Below are positions 13,950-25,551 of a stretch of DNA of 64,000 nucleotides, one piece after another (within the stretch, counting starts at the first letter, position 1; the number at the start of each line of letters is the position of its first letter). Where the stretch lies: positions 256,328-320,327 of the forward strand of contig RHPI01002615.1 in assembly GCA_009103225.1 (NCBI GenBank), in the 5' to 3' direction. Source of the DNA: Chlorokybus atmophyticus. Taxonomy: Eukaryota > Plantae > Mesostigma and Chlorokybus algae. The notes beneath the pieces were generated by a model, which made no database searches, was not told the DNA's origin, and saw only the letters and a program-made list of their open reading frames with translations. The position numbers and the translations under genes are program-made.

Positions 13950-14770
13950 GGCAAACACGCACAACTGAAGCTTGAAGCTTTGCTAGGTGCACATAAATGG
14001 TTGGGTTTTGTAGACATCAGATTGGTATGGGATGAAACACAAGTACACAGAGCACTAAGGCAATTCGTTGCACTGGCTGCATAGAACGATGTTGCACTTA
14101 CTCTCAACCACCCTCATCCACCTCATCTGTGCACCATCATTGATGACCCCATCATGCCAGCAAACGCAATCAGCTCTCTACCTTCCACATCACCCCTTTT
14201 GCGGGAACTGCACGCATCACAAGTTGCATATGCACAGATTCTGGGTTTAAGTACCATCACATTCAGACTTGCGCGTTACACCCACCCACATGCACATGTA
14301 CATTCAGTTTGTACCTGCACACACGACAGTGTATACCTGTTGTACACGTCCAAAGCAGTATGCCCTAACTTGCACAAAAGGAATGACTGTGAAATGTGCA
14401 CAGCATAAGATTACATAACGCGTGCCAAGCAGGAGCATTGGCACTCCCATCTCAGTCTGCAACATGGGAGCATGGCCTATTATCACGGAGCTGCGCAAGT
14501 GCCCTGCGAACCAACCCTTGCGCATACATATAAAGTGTAAACAAGATGCACAGGGATGTGAACCGGGTTCAGCTGACACTACGTTGCTGACTGATTCTAA
14601 TAGATCTGTATTGTTTGCTTGGCAGGTGGGTATGCAAGTAAAACACTTGCAACCAGGACATCGCACTACCACATATGCTAGCTATGTCTAGCACAGTTCA
14701 GGGTGCACCAGTCAGAGTGCACCAAACAATCACCTACTGCTAGTAATGCTAATGTACAACTAGCTGCTAA

Positions 14771-16330
14771 CTACCAAGCAGACAGCACCTTCACAGCCGA
14801 TACTGCTTGCAACAAAGAATGTGCAGAAAAACCCTCTCTTTGTCTTGAAGCTTGTGAACAGCTTGTGCGCAGTACTTCAGTGCTGACCGCATCCGCCTGG
14901 GGGTTGCCACTCTGCTGCTGGGGCTCTGGCAACGCAGGTGGGAGGATGCCTGACGCAGCTGCAACCATGGTCGCCATGCGGTATCGCTCAGCACGTGAGC
15001 CAAGGAACTGACCAAGGATCGCGGCGACGACGGTGTATGCAATCGCCCAGGGTGGCATGACAACTGCCTTGCGAAACATGGCAATAAAAGGAATGGATGC
15101 GTGCACAACAACAAACCAAGCCGGGCTGAACTTGGGTACATGCTCTCGAATGGCTCCAAGCGGGATGTTCATGGACAGAGATGCTGCTCCAACACCAAGC
15201 AACTTGACTGGCAGTGTTCGAGGTCGCAGCGCTCTTGCAGCAGGAGTTTGAGCCACCGTCGCACGCATCTTCACAATGAATGTCGGGCATCTCATGTGCA
15301 GCTTCTGAGGCCTCCCACCCTTCAACATCCATGGCGCCACTCTCTGCACAGCTCTCGTCGCCTTGGCTACAGGGCAACCGCTTTGCAGGAAAGACTCCAT
15401 GGAGTCATCATGGACTGGCACAGCAGGCAAAGAAACAGCAGCACTTGACGCTGAAAAAGAAGCAGCAACTGTAGCCTCCAGCCCCTTGACTGCAGCAGAC
15501 CCAATCTGCGCAGGAGACGTGGTCTGCTGATGTAGCTGCACCTGCTGTTGATGGTGAAGCTGCGCCTCCTGCTGTACACTAGAAGCTGGTTTTTGAGGTT
15601 GTTGGTGTTGCTGTTGCTGTTGCTGTTGGCGCGAAAGCAGCTCGCTGCCCCAAGCAAAAGGGTCTGGCAACGAGGAAAAAGCCGACATGGACATGGTTGC
15701 AAAGGCCGGCACTGGCCGCCTGGCAGGTGCAACAGCTGCTGCTCCGTGATGGCTGTAAGGACACTTGCCAACCTTCTCAACCGACGGCTGTGGGGTCTCT
15801 GCCGGTGGCGGAACTGGTGCTGCTGCCGCCAGCGCCTTAGCCATGTGCGGGCAGCGTTCCACCAAGGGCACCATGCCCTCAGTGCCATGGAACACCTTAA
15901 ATGCAGACAGAAACGCATCCTGACTCTTGAACGAGGCCTTGCCGGCAACAACTACATGGCTCTCACGGAGAGGCGACGGCCGGGGCTGCAACCCAAATAG
16001 GGTCAGAGCAAGGCTGTGCAATATAGCTGGCAGTACAACAGTGCCACAGGCAGCAAAATGCGGCAAGCATAGAGCAGCGCAGGTAGCAGCACGAGCAAGC
16101 AACAAACAAACACACAATGATAATAGCAGCATAAGACGACTCACCAGATCATTGTCGTACATGTCCGCGCCCTTACTTGACGCACTACCACCAGCACCGC
16201 CATCCCCACTGCTTAAGCAGCTCAGGTCTGTTGGGCGCACGATCTGCCGCAAAAATGGACAGAAAGACAGCCCCGCAGCCATGTGCGCCTGACCCCCCAC
16301 GGGCCCCGCATCCTCACGCACGCCACCCAT
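14771..16330 (-). CDS. Plant-type conserved protein resembling Arabidopsis NHR2A/NHR2B (At5g45410/At4g25030)
   Basis: Motifs CPFLR, AFKVFHG..GMVPL, CP..IV..RA......ALRP..LP.K, NIPLGAIREHVPKFSPAWFVVVHASIPFIAMFRKAVVMP and ILGQFLGSRAERYR match that family from memory. There is a probable in-frame intron at 15938-16144. Confidence 0.75.
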   Translation of the reverse strand: MGGVREDAGPVGGQAHMAAGLSFCPFLRQIVRPTDLSCLSSGDGGAGGSASSKGADMYDNDLVSRLMLLLSLCVCLLLARAATCAALCLPHFAACGTVVLPAILHSLALTLFGLQPRPSPLRESHVVVAGKASFKSQDAFLSAFKVFHGTEGMVPLVERCPHMAKALAAAAPVPPPAETPQPSVEKVGKCPYSHHGAAAVAPARRPVPAFATMSMSAFSSLPDPFAWGSELLSRQQQQQQQHQQPQKPASSVQQEAQLHHQQQVQLHQQTTSPAQIGSAAVKGLEATVAASFSASSAAVSLPAVPVHDDSMESFLQSGCPVAKATRAVQRVAPWMLKGGRPQKLHMRCPTFIVKMRATVAQTPAARALRPRTLPVKLLGVGAASLSMNIPLGAIREHVPKFSPAWFVVVHASIPFIAMFRKAVVMPPWAIAYTVVAAILGQFLGSRAERYRMATMVAAASGILPPALPEPQQQSGNPQADAVSTEVLRTSCSQASRQREGFSAHSLLQAVSAVKVLSAW

Positions 16331-16421
16331 ATTGACCCCTTCCGCCACCGCCGCCGCCAACACCCCGGCCGCTGACTACACCTCCACTGCCACCCGTAAC
16401 GTCACGCATGACCCAAATGTA

Positions 16422-16429
16422 AAACCCTA
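16422..16429 (-). promoter_or_regulatory. Telo-box-like motif upstream of the NHR2-like gene
   Basis: AAACCCTA on the + strand, ~90 nt upstream of ATG 16330. Confidence 0.35.
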
Positions 16430-17348
16430 AAGCGGGACGGGTCGATAGAACCCTCTCATCTCGATGTCGACGTCATTGCCCGCTGCAGTGCACACGCTGG
16501 CAGGCTTACAACGTCGGCATCCACGTGGCTGAGTGGCATGTGGATGCCATGATAACAATGACGATGGCTTACAGCGTCAGCTGCCAGCTGGCGCTCGTTG
16601 CCAACTGGCTTTGTTTAGCTTAGCAGCTTGGCCGCGGCGCCGGCGGCGACGGTGGAGGCGGTGGAGGCGTTGTAGGTTGCGCAGGTTTGGCGCGAGGTGC
16701 ACGAGTGGAGAGTGGCTATATGGTGAGGAGCGGCAGGGGTGTCAGGTGTAGAAGCTGTCGTCGTAGGTGGCGTCCAGAGAATAGCGTTGGTTGCGCAGAG
16801 CTGAACTGGCGTTGTTGTGCAATCCTGTGCATGTATCAGTTGCTTTGCTTGATTTGGCTAGCAGTTGGTTGTGTGTACGCAGGATGCCTTGCTGCATTGC
16901 ACATTATTATGTACACATGCATGTTACACAGCGTATCAACTTGCAACACATACATGGTTTCTTGTACGGCCGCTGGTATTGGAATCTAGCAGTCAAGCAG
17001 CGTGGTGTGTGTATGCATGCCTTAGTGGGTACTTTATGCACTGGTCGCTCAGCATGCATGCCCATGGCACAAAGATACAGCAGAATCCTCATTTGATTAG
17101 CCGATCCAGCAACTTGACACAGTCCGATCAACCCCAAAAACCGTAGTTACTTCAATGCGCATCTGCTCTGTGCTCCACATGTAAGTTCATCATCTCAGTG
17201 ATTCAGTATACCAGAAGGCGTCATCGCCTTTGGCATTGGTGCTGACACGTGTGCGAGACGCTGCAAGCACACAAGTCACTTGTGTTGCACGCGTGTCAGC
17301 ATGTTACGACTGAACCACACCAATATGAAGTTTAGTCCTGCGTGTCTG

Positions 17349-20300
17349 TTAACCACCTCTTGAGAACTCGGCTGCATAGTCTACGTCATCTTCATCGTCA
17401 GTGACCTTGAGCACGCACTTGAAGTCGTTGGTCGTGGGATCGATCGCCCCGACATTCACGCCACGTTGGTACTTTGCCAACTCCTGCCACAATATCACAT
17501 TGTCTCAGCAACTTTGTCTTTATAGGTTTAACGCCTTATGTGCCAACTCGCTTGTCCTCACCTCAACGAGACGTTTGCTGTCCTCCGACAATGTGTCATA
17601 GCTCACTTTGCCTTCCTCTTGCTGCACCATCTCCCTCATCACCTCAAGGTGACCCTTCTCCTCGCCTCCTTCCCAAAGGGCATGCCAGCCCCAGTCATTC
17701 GCCTTGGGCATCATAACCTTCGCAAGGGGCAAGTGTGTGCATAAGCAGTATAACGTACTACCCACAAATGCATGCTTGCATGCACATACACAGGCTTGGA
17801 AATGTGTACGCGTGTGAAACACGCGCATGCGTGTCTGTGTTGAGGTCTGGCGCACACACATGCATGTGTGCTGACATGCACAAAAGCACGTGTGCATGTG
17901 TGCACTGGCGTGCGGTGCATGCACGTGCAGGTGTATACGTGCCCACCTGTATTTCATCATTGTCAAGGAGCCACCACGCTTCACTTGACTTGACGGGGCG
18001 GCTGAGGCGTGCATCGACAATGGCGCCGTGCCAGGCCAGGGCCACGCGAAGCCTCTGAGGCCGCACGCTGACCTCTACCTCGCGCACGCTTGTGCTCTTA
18101 GGCACTGTGATGTACACCAGCACCTCATCCTGCAGGTTCATGCAGTTGCTGTCAGCCGACAATGTATACAGCTCAAAAACTAGTCGTTTCTGACACTGTC
18201 ATCATTCGTATTACCCCTGTTTGAGTCCATCGCAGTTTGTCATCTATGGCCTTCTGTTTCCACACAGCGCGCTCGAGTCGTATGTGTTTAGGTGCAGCGG
18301 AGTCTGCTGTTACTCGCATCCCGTCCTCGTCATATACACTCGAGTGCACTTCAGGCTTTGTGTCTTCCTTGCTTTGGGCAGGTGATTTGGCTGCCTTTAA
18401 GGAAGCAGATACAGCGGAAGTGGATTTCGTTTCACGTTTAACCTTCTGGTGAGCGTTGCCAATTTTGCTAAGCCTCTCTTGCTGTAGCCCTGTGCTCGCA
18501 GTGTCGCTTCCTGCAGGGCTTTCGTTCTGGCTTCTCTCCGGCTTCTGCTCGGCTACCCTGCTTGGCACACTACCTCCAAAGAAGCCCTTCTTTATGCTGT
18601 CACCGTTCAACTGGTTATCACTTGCAGGTTTCGCTTCTGGCGCCTTAACAGGACTTGCTTCAGCTTTGGGTGGTTGGCTTCCAGGCTTCCCGTGCGGCCT
18701 GGCAGCCAGTCTGGCCTCCATAGCAACAACATTCTTGTGCCCAAGCGCATCCCACACGCCACCTCGCAGTGTGTGGTCGCTATTAAGCCCTCGCGCACGT
18801 TCGACTACCCGCATGAACGCACCCTTTGCTGCTTGTAACAACCTGGCACCCACCTCTCCACCCTGTTTACCCATGCATCATGATGACTGTTCTGCAAGCT
18901 CCTTGTGTGCAATGTGGTGAAGTGGCAGGCTTACTTGCTCTGATGACGCTATGAGGTTGTGTATGTGTTGCACTGCGCCCCCTTTGCGGCATATGCGCAT
19001 GAAGTCGTTGCCGCTACACGTTGGTGCTATGCTCTGCAGCTTGTCCAACGCTGTCTGCTTGGAGTGCCCACAGAGACAGAGTTACTATCCCCCACATGAA
19101 AAATGATAATGAGATACTACACTGACGCTACCAACTAACCGTCATTGTGACAGGCTCTCCGCTGAGCACAGCGCCACAAGCAGCCGGCACCGTGAATTCG
19201 GTTAGCAGCTCGGTGAACACGGTCTCCCCCGCATTTGCGAGCAGGCCGAGCAGCGTTTCAGTGAGAGACCACAGGTTTTCATCTTCAGCAAATGCATTCA
19301 GCTTCACGAGCTCGGCACACAAACCTGGTCACAAGTGGAATACACATGTCACCGAAGCGGGTTGACACCAGATAAGTGTTGCAGTGTGGGTGAGTACTCT
19401 TCATTTTCCAGTCAAACTCACCCGCATTGTTGAGCGCCTTGGCCACGATTTTGCGCTGCGCCAATTCAATGAAGATGTCCAGCATGGTAAACAGCATGGG
19501 CCTGCCTTTGCCGATAGAACCCTGCCACAAAGCACAAGTCATGCTAACTTGCCTGCTTGCATTGTGTGTTAAGTTGCTCCAACACCGGGGTGACAAGTGC
19601 ATGCAACTCAACTAATTTGCCTGCTCACCATTGCTTCGGGACAGTCTGCTACAAATGCTCGCTTCTCGTAGCTCAACGTGGTTTGGCTGCGTCCACGGAC
19701 AGGTGCTGTCTTGAATGGTGAGCCCTTGATCAACCGAGCAAACAGAGACACCAATTCGCGCAGAAGAGGGGCTCCAGTCAAGTAAGACTGCCACAGACTC
19801 CTCATCAACAACAACGCAAGTGACAAGCAGCTCCTTGAAGCTGTGTTAGTTGTGGGCTTCCAACATGTCATGAATATGCATGCTGTGTGTCTCGGTGTGA
19901 ATCCAACAGTGCACACCTCCCCCTTGCGATTGGTCCGCCTTTTCAGCGCTTCAGCATCCACAACCTTTGGTGACTTGGCGAGCTTTCGCACACCCTCAAG
20001 GACTTGCCTTCTCAGAACGATGACATCCTCATTAAAGCGCCTCCTGGCCATCTCTACCTCCCACTCAGCAGCCTGGTACACAGCATTGGTATGTGACATA
20101 CTAGGATGCATTGGGTTTGCTATCTTCAAACCACCAGCTTTACTTCTTCGGGTGAGTTGAAGGCAGGAGTGTTGTCGCTGTCATCTGTGTCGTCCAGAGG
20201 GTAGCCATTCATGGCCGGAGCGTGGCGATACACATTCATGAGAGCTTGAATTGGGGCTGCAAGCTGCGAAGCAAGTGGCATGGGTAACCAGCTTGTGGAA

Positions 20301-22540
20301 ACACAACACAAGTCAGTCCTATATGCCATCGTGCACTCTCTCACCTCTTTGGCTTTGCCCTCCTGGCCACACACTACAACACACGCGACAGCTGCGCCGG
20401 CTGCACAAGGCGTGAGGTTGCCGACACGCTCACTTTGCAGTAACTTTGCTATGACTGCGAGTGGGGTTTCTTCTTGGTCATCAGCGTTGGGGTTAGAAGC
20501 AAACTGGCCCCATGCGTGGAAGGCCGGTGAGGCTTCAAGGCAGATGCGGGAGAGGAGGACCAATGCGCTCTCTGAGGGCCCTGCAGACCCACCTAACAAA
20601 GAAAAGAGAGAGGATGTGTAAGGCATTGCTGCACACTCGTGTTGTGAGCATTGTGTGATTGTGTTTTTACTTGTGGCAATGCGCGCAAGACGGCGAAGGG
20701 TCCATCCATCCCACGCAGAACCTGTGACATCAACATCGTGCGCCAACTCCAGTACAAGTAACGCCTGTCACAAGTCGTTCACGTCATGCCACAGTCTTAC
20801 ATACTCTTGCAGTTGTTGTGTTTGTGGCAGTAGCTCCACCTTCTTGTGCAAGCCTTGCACGTTCATCAGCGCCAGCACTGCTTTGCAGCCCCCCGCCATC
20901 GCAAAGGCAGCCTTGTCTTCCACTGCTGCATGTGTGAGCCGATCAATGAGGCTGTCCAGCAGACCCTCGAGATCACTGTCGGCGTTCTCATCTTCATCAC
21001 TCAACTGGCGCACGAGGTCCTGGCACGTACCAATGGTATCAGCAAGGTTGGTATGTTACTGATATGTTGCAAACGAATTCGTACTGATGCAGAAGGTGTT
21101 TCAATCCGTACTTGAATTGAGAGTGAGCTTGGGGAGGGGGCTGATTGGGACTTGGCGTGTAGACATAATCGCTCCCAGCATGCTTTGGCCTGCGGAGTGT
21201 GCATCGTGTGTGTTGATATGCTTGTCACAAGTTGCCTGTGCTACACATTCAGCTAGAACACGCAGCATGTTATGATTGGCGCTGCTTACGCACCAAGCTA
21301 TTTGCCCAAACATTACAAGGGTATTTGTGTGCCCGCGCGTTGTCATGATGTCACTGCACATTGTGACAGCAACCCACGCGTGCTGCATACTACGCTCTAT
21401 ACTTGGGCCTTGATCTGGTTCTGATTCTTAACACTGCCAGATGGGCGTGCTTTCATGGACCCTTGATACGTTTGTCTCGACTCACTCATGCGCCCACAAC
21501 TGCCCTACATGCACGCACACCACAAACACCGACTCACCTCTACCCACTCCAGCAGCCTTGAGCTCTCCCCCTCATGTGCCCCTCTCTCACCCTCCTTTTC
21601 CTCCCCCTTCATAATCCTCAGCGCCTCCTCCCACAAACCCATCCTGGCAGCCGCGAGCCCACCTCGGTAGCGCGCCTTCTCCCTGATGCCAACCATCTCA
21701 CTTGATGATGCAAACGTTGTTGAAAGCGCCAGTGCCTGGCGAGCATCGGCGAGGGCGAGCTCGGGCTGGCGGAGGTGCAGGTGAGCCAGTGACCGGTTAG
21801 ATAAAACCTGTTTGAAGAGGGAGTTCAGGGGAATTGTTTGACACAACTTGTGTGGCACTTGTGGTAGGAAGGGGTGGGGTTGATGAGAACTTACTTGGCA
21901 TAAGGGGAGTGTTGTGTCTGTGGTGCATTGGGATGAGTGATTGTCTATTGCGAGGGTGTAGTGGTGAACAGCCTCATCGTAGCGTCCCGCTTTGAATGCA
22001 GTGTTGCCTCGCTCTTTGTGAATGGCATCATCCTTCGGCAGTTGATCAAGTTTGTTGTTGGCTAAGGTGTAGATTGCTTTCGCAGTTGTACATGTGACTT
22101 CACGGCATGCAGACCCTCCACAAACACAGCCAGGCATGCACAACGTACAGCCTTCTGTCTCATAAGCAATCATTACATCATCAACAACAACTGTTCACAG
22201 CACTGCTCACCTCATCACCATCTCCCTTGACGTGCTCTCCGTTTGCGTACTCAGCATTGTCTACATCATCAGTGCCGCGATTCGTTTGCTGGTCTGCATA
22301 AGACCATGTCTCTTATACACGGACACACGCGCACCTCTAGACGTCATCATGCAACAGCATGCTCGCACACATGCACGCAAACACACATTTGCACCTACCA
22401 GCGCATTCAGCAACTTGAGGCGCCAGCTGATCAACCTCACAAACAATGTCACTAGACTTGACTGCACTGCTGTGCTGCTTTCGTTCACTCGCAGGTGAGA
22501 GTGTGTCTTTGTTCTCCTCCAGCAACGTGAGCACAACCAT
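17349..22540 (-). CDS. TPR + ARM-like + CS(p23/NudC) domain co-chaperone-like protein; start uncertain
   Basis: TPR: KERGNTAFKAGRYDEAVHHYTLAI...VLSNRSLAHLHL..ALADARQAL. Leu-rich helical exons lie at 18.9-21.1 kb. CS domain: WTQTG-DEVLVYITVPKSTSVREVEVSVRPQRLRV...LSRPVKSSEAWWLL. Confidence 0.65.
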
Positions 22541-23286
22541 GTCTGAGACGCTGACTGTGAGTACGCGGCACGCACCAGCATGTCGGTCACATGCAGCAAC
22601 TTACATCAATCCAGTAAGCGATCCAATAAGTTTGCAGCTCCTCACCTTCCTCACACCCTTACACCCACACCCTTACACCCTCACCTACACTCTGCAAGAG
22701 GTGACCTCAAGCTTGCTTATTCCTTACGGTCATCGGTACTGCGCAAGCAACAGAAAAACACGGAAAAACAATAAGTCCCAGAGACTCGGTTAACTCAGAC
22801 GTTACGTAAGGCCGAAGAAACACCCGGCTCGACCAATGTCGTTCATAGCATCCGGATCGGCGTCGTAAGTCACAAAGCGTTAGCGCAACGCGTCACGCAC
22901 AATGGGCATGACGGCACAGCCCAAGTGACGCGCCTGGCCGTGGCGCCGCGCGATTGGCAGCGGATTGGATATGGCGTAAATGCACCAATGGCGTGCGGCA
23001 GTGCGCGGGCTGCCAGCCCCAGGTAATGCGTAACTGTGACACGATGTCAGGGGCCGAAACGCCTGCTAACGTAACAAGGCGTATTCCGAGGTCGTCTCCA
23101 GGCAGATAGCAGCCCTAGCAATCGCCTGTGACACTGGGATTACACTTGTTTGCGATTGAGGTACCGGCAGGCGGTTTGGGCCAAGAGTTTGGGATTAGGT
23201 TTAGCTGTTGGATTCAACCAAGGCATAGGAGCAGTGTGTTTGAAGGTGTAGGCGGCATTGTGGGTGTGAGGGTCTGTGCAGGCACA

Positions 23287-24555
23287 ATGGCCGCCATGGT
23301 GAGCGAGTTCCTGGGTGCGGCCGTGTCTGTGAAGGCCCGGGTGGCAGCTGCCCCCGCCAAGGCTGTGCAGACCCAGGCCCTGTTCGGCAAGAAGGCCCCC
23401 GCCCCGGCCAAGAAGGCCGCCAAGGCCGCCAGCAAGGCCACCAATGTGGTGACCAAGCAGGCGAGCAAGGCCACCTCCGAGGTGAGGAAGGCGGCCAGCA
23501 AGGCCACCAGCGCGGCCAAGAAGGCCGTGAAGAGCTGGGGCGGCGGCGCCAACGATCTCGGCTTGGAGCAGTGGTACGGCCCCAACCGCAAGAAGTTCCT
23601 CCCCTCCGGCCTCCTCGACGACGCCGACATCCCCAGCTACCTCTCCGGCGAGATCCCCGGCGACTACGGCTACGACCCCCTCGGTCTCGGCCAGGACCCC
23701 GCCGCCTTCGAAAAGTACAGGGCGAACGAGCTCATCCATGCTCGCTGGGCCATGCTCGGCGCTGCGGGTGCCTTCCTCCCTGAGGCCTTCAACTCCTTCG
23801 GCACAACCTGCGGCCCCGAGGCTGTCTGGTGGAAGGTACAGACCTGGACTCGATGTGAATGTAGCTTGCATACAGCATTGCATAGGTCGCATTGTGCATT
23901 GCCATGCATTCATCATGTGTGTGCCGATTCCTGTTCTTGTTGCTCCACGCATGTCTGGCGCTATGCCTTGCAATGCTGGTCATGTGTGTGTTCAGCCGTT
24001 AGGTAATTGCCATTGAGAAGAACAAACTCCCGCAGTAGGTCCCCTGATTATTTTGTGCAATGCAGACTGGTGCCCAGCTCCTCGAGCCCAACTCACCCAT
24101 CGTGTGGTTCGGCATCCCCATCCCCATCCCGCTTGTTATCGCCGTTGTTGTTGAGGTCGTGCTCATGGGCGCTGTTGAGCAGTACCGCGCCAAGAACGAG
24201 TCTCCCCTCGGCTCGGTAGGTCGCAGGCAATGTGTGTCGAATCTAGTTGCCACACAATGCGATTGTCAACATGAGCTGATCTGGTTGCAATGCACAGTTC
24301 GACGACACCCTTCACCCCGGTGGCCCCTTCGACCCCTTCGGTCTTGCTGATGACCCCGAGATTGCTGCTGAGCTGAAGGTGAAGGAGATCAAGAACGGAC
24401 GGTTGGCTATGGTTGCCATGCTCGGCTTCGCTGTCCAGGCACTTGTCACTAAGGAGGGCCCGTACGCCAACTGGGCCGGCCACGTCGCTGACCCCTTTGG
24501 CTACAACCTCGTCACCATCCTCGGTGCCGGCGCTGAGCGGCTGCCTTCCCTGTAA
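23287..24555 (+). CDS. LHCB5: Minor PSII antenna protein CP26; exons 23287-23836, 24066-24217, 24298-24555
   Basis: [72 protein letters not shown] and C-terminal [19 protein letters not shown] are characteristic of CP26. Confidence 0.95.
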
Positions 24556-24561
24556 ATGAGT

Positions 24562-24566
24562 TGTAA
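24562..24566 (+). terminator. TGTAA chlorophyte-type polyadenylation signal candidate for LHCB5
   Basis: TGTAA lies just downstream of the stop codon. It is the established poly(A) signal in many chlorophytes. Confidence 0.35.
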
Positions 24567-25494
24567 TCGATTTTATCTGGACTAGACTCCGCTTCGCCTT
24601 AGTGTATGACGTCGCCCCCTCCGCCCGCTGCTCGCCCCTAGCACGCTTCACCACCACACCTCAACAGGACCTGGATATATTGTTGGATATCTTCGTGAAT
24701 GTATTAATTTGCACTGTGCACAGCCATCTTGAGGCTTACATGTCGGCTGTCCCTCGCCTGTGTGTGCCTGGGTATGCGTGCGTCCATGCCGGTGTGGGCT
24801 CAGCAATTGTCATAATAAGTCTGTGCACCTTCTACAGAGCAAGTGGAACTCCAATGCAGTAATCGTCTAAGTGTTAGCGATCTATCCTTCCGCACATTGT
24901 GGCTCTGTCAGCTATAAGATGGTTGAGACTCAAGTAATCAGTCACAATGATGTTTGCGCAATTGCGGTGTGGCGTGGAGATTGGATATCTCGTGGTATGC
25001 TGCCTGTGCGTACGCAGTTTACCCGTAGTATTACTAGCACTGATATGATCGTTGTACCTAAACCTGTTATATCTTGTCACTGTGTTTCGCTGAACTAATA
25101 GTCATTTGATCAGTAACCTTGACCTGTACCAGTGTTGTCGTAGCGCGTTATGGCTAACATGACGTAGGCCAAAGCATTGTCTGCTATCCCAGCACACTGG
25201 CAGCTAGCAATGCCTTGACCCTCGCCATCCCGCTCCGGCTGCATCTACTCCATGTTCCGATAGTGGACTGTTTGTGCGCTGCAGCGGGGTTTGGGCGTGG
25301 CTCCGATAACAAGAGCGACTACCGTCGCTTGCGCCGCTCCAGGTTGGCTACCATTGCACCCCGCCTCCATGGCGGTAGTATTTGTGTCAAGCCTGTGCTG
25401 CTAGTGCACGCTAACGTGATACCTGAGTTGAGATGAACGTTGCCAGTTCTGTTGAATTGGGCTTGTGTGGATGATATCAGCATTAGGCTATAAC

Positions 25495-25496
<2 letters not shown>

Positions 25497-25549
<53 letters not shown>
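25497..25549. repeat. (GA)n microsatellite
   Basis: Read directly from the sequence. Confidence 0.97.

Positions 25550-25551
<2 letters not shown>

Noticed and set aside
23380-23540. KAASKA-repeat N-terminal extension of CP26
   Set aside because: Lys/Ala-rich N-termini are common in algal CP26, so this is not distinctive.
23140-23973. 277-aa antisense ORF over LHCB5
   Set aside because: It is a shadow ORF caused by strong GC3 bias of the sense gene and has no recognisable domain.
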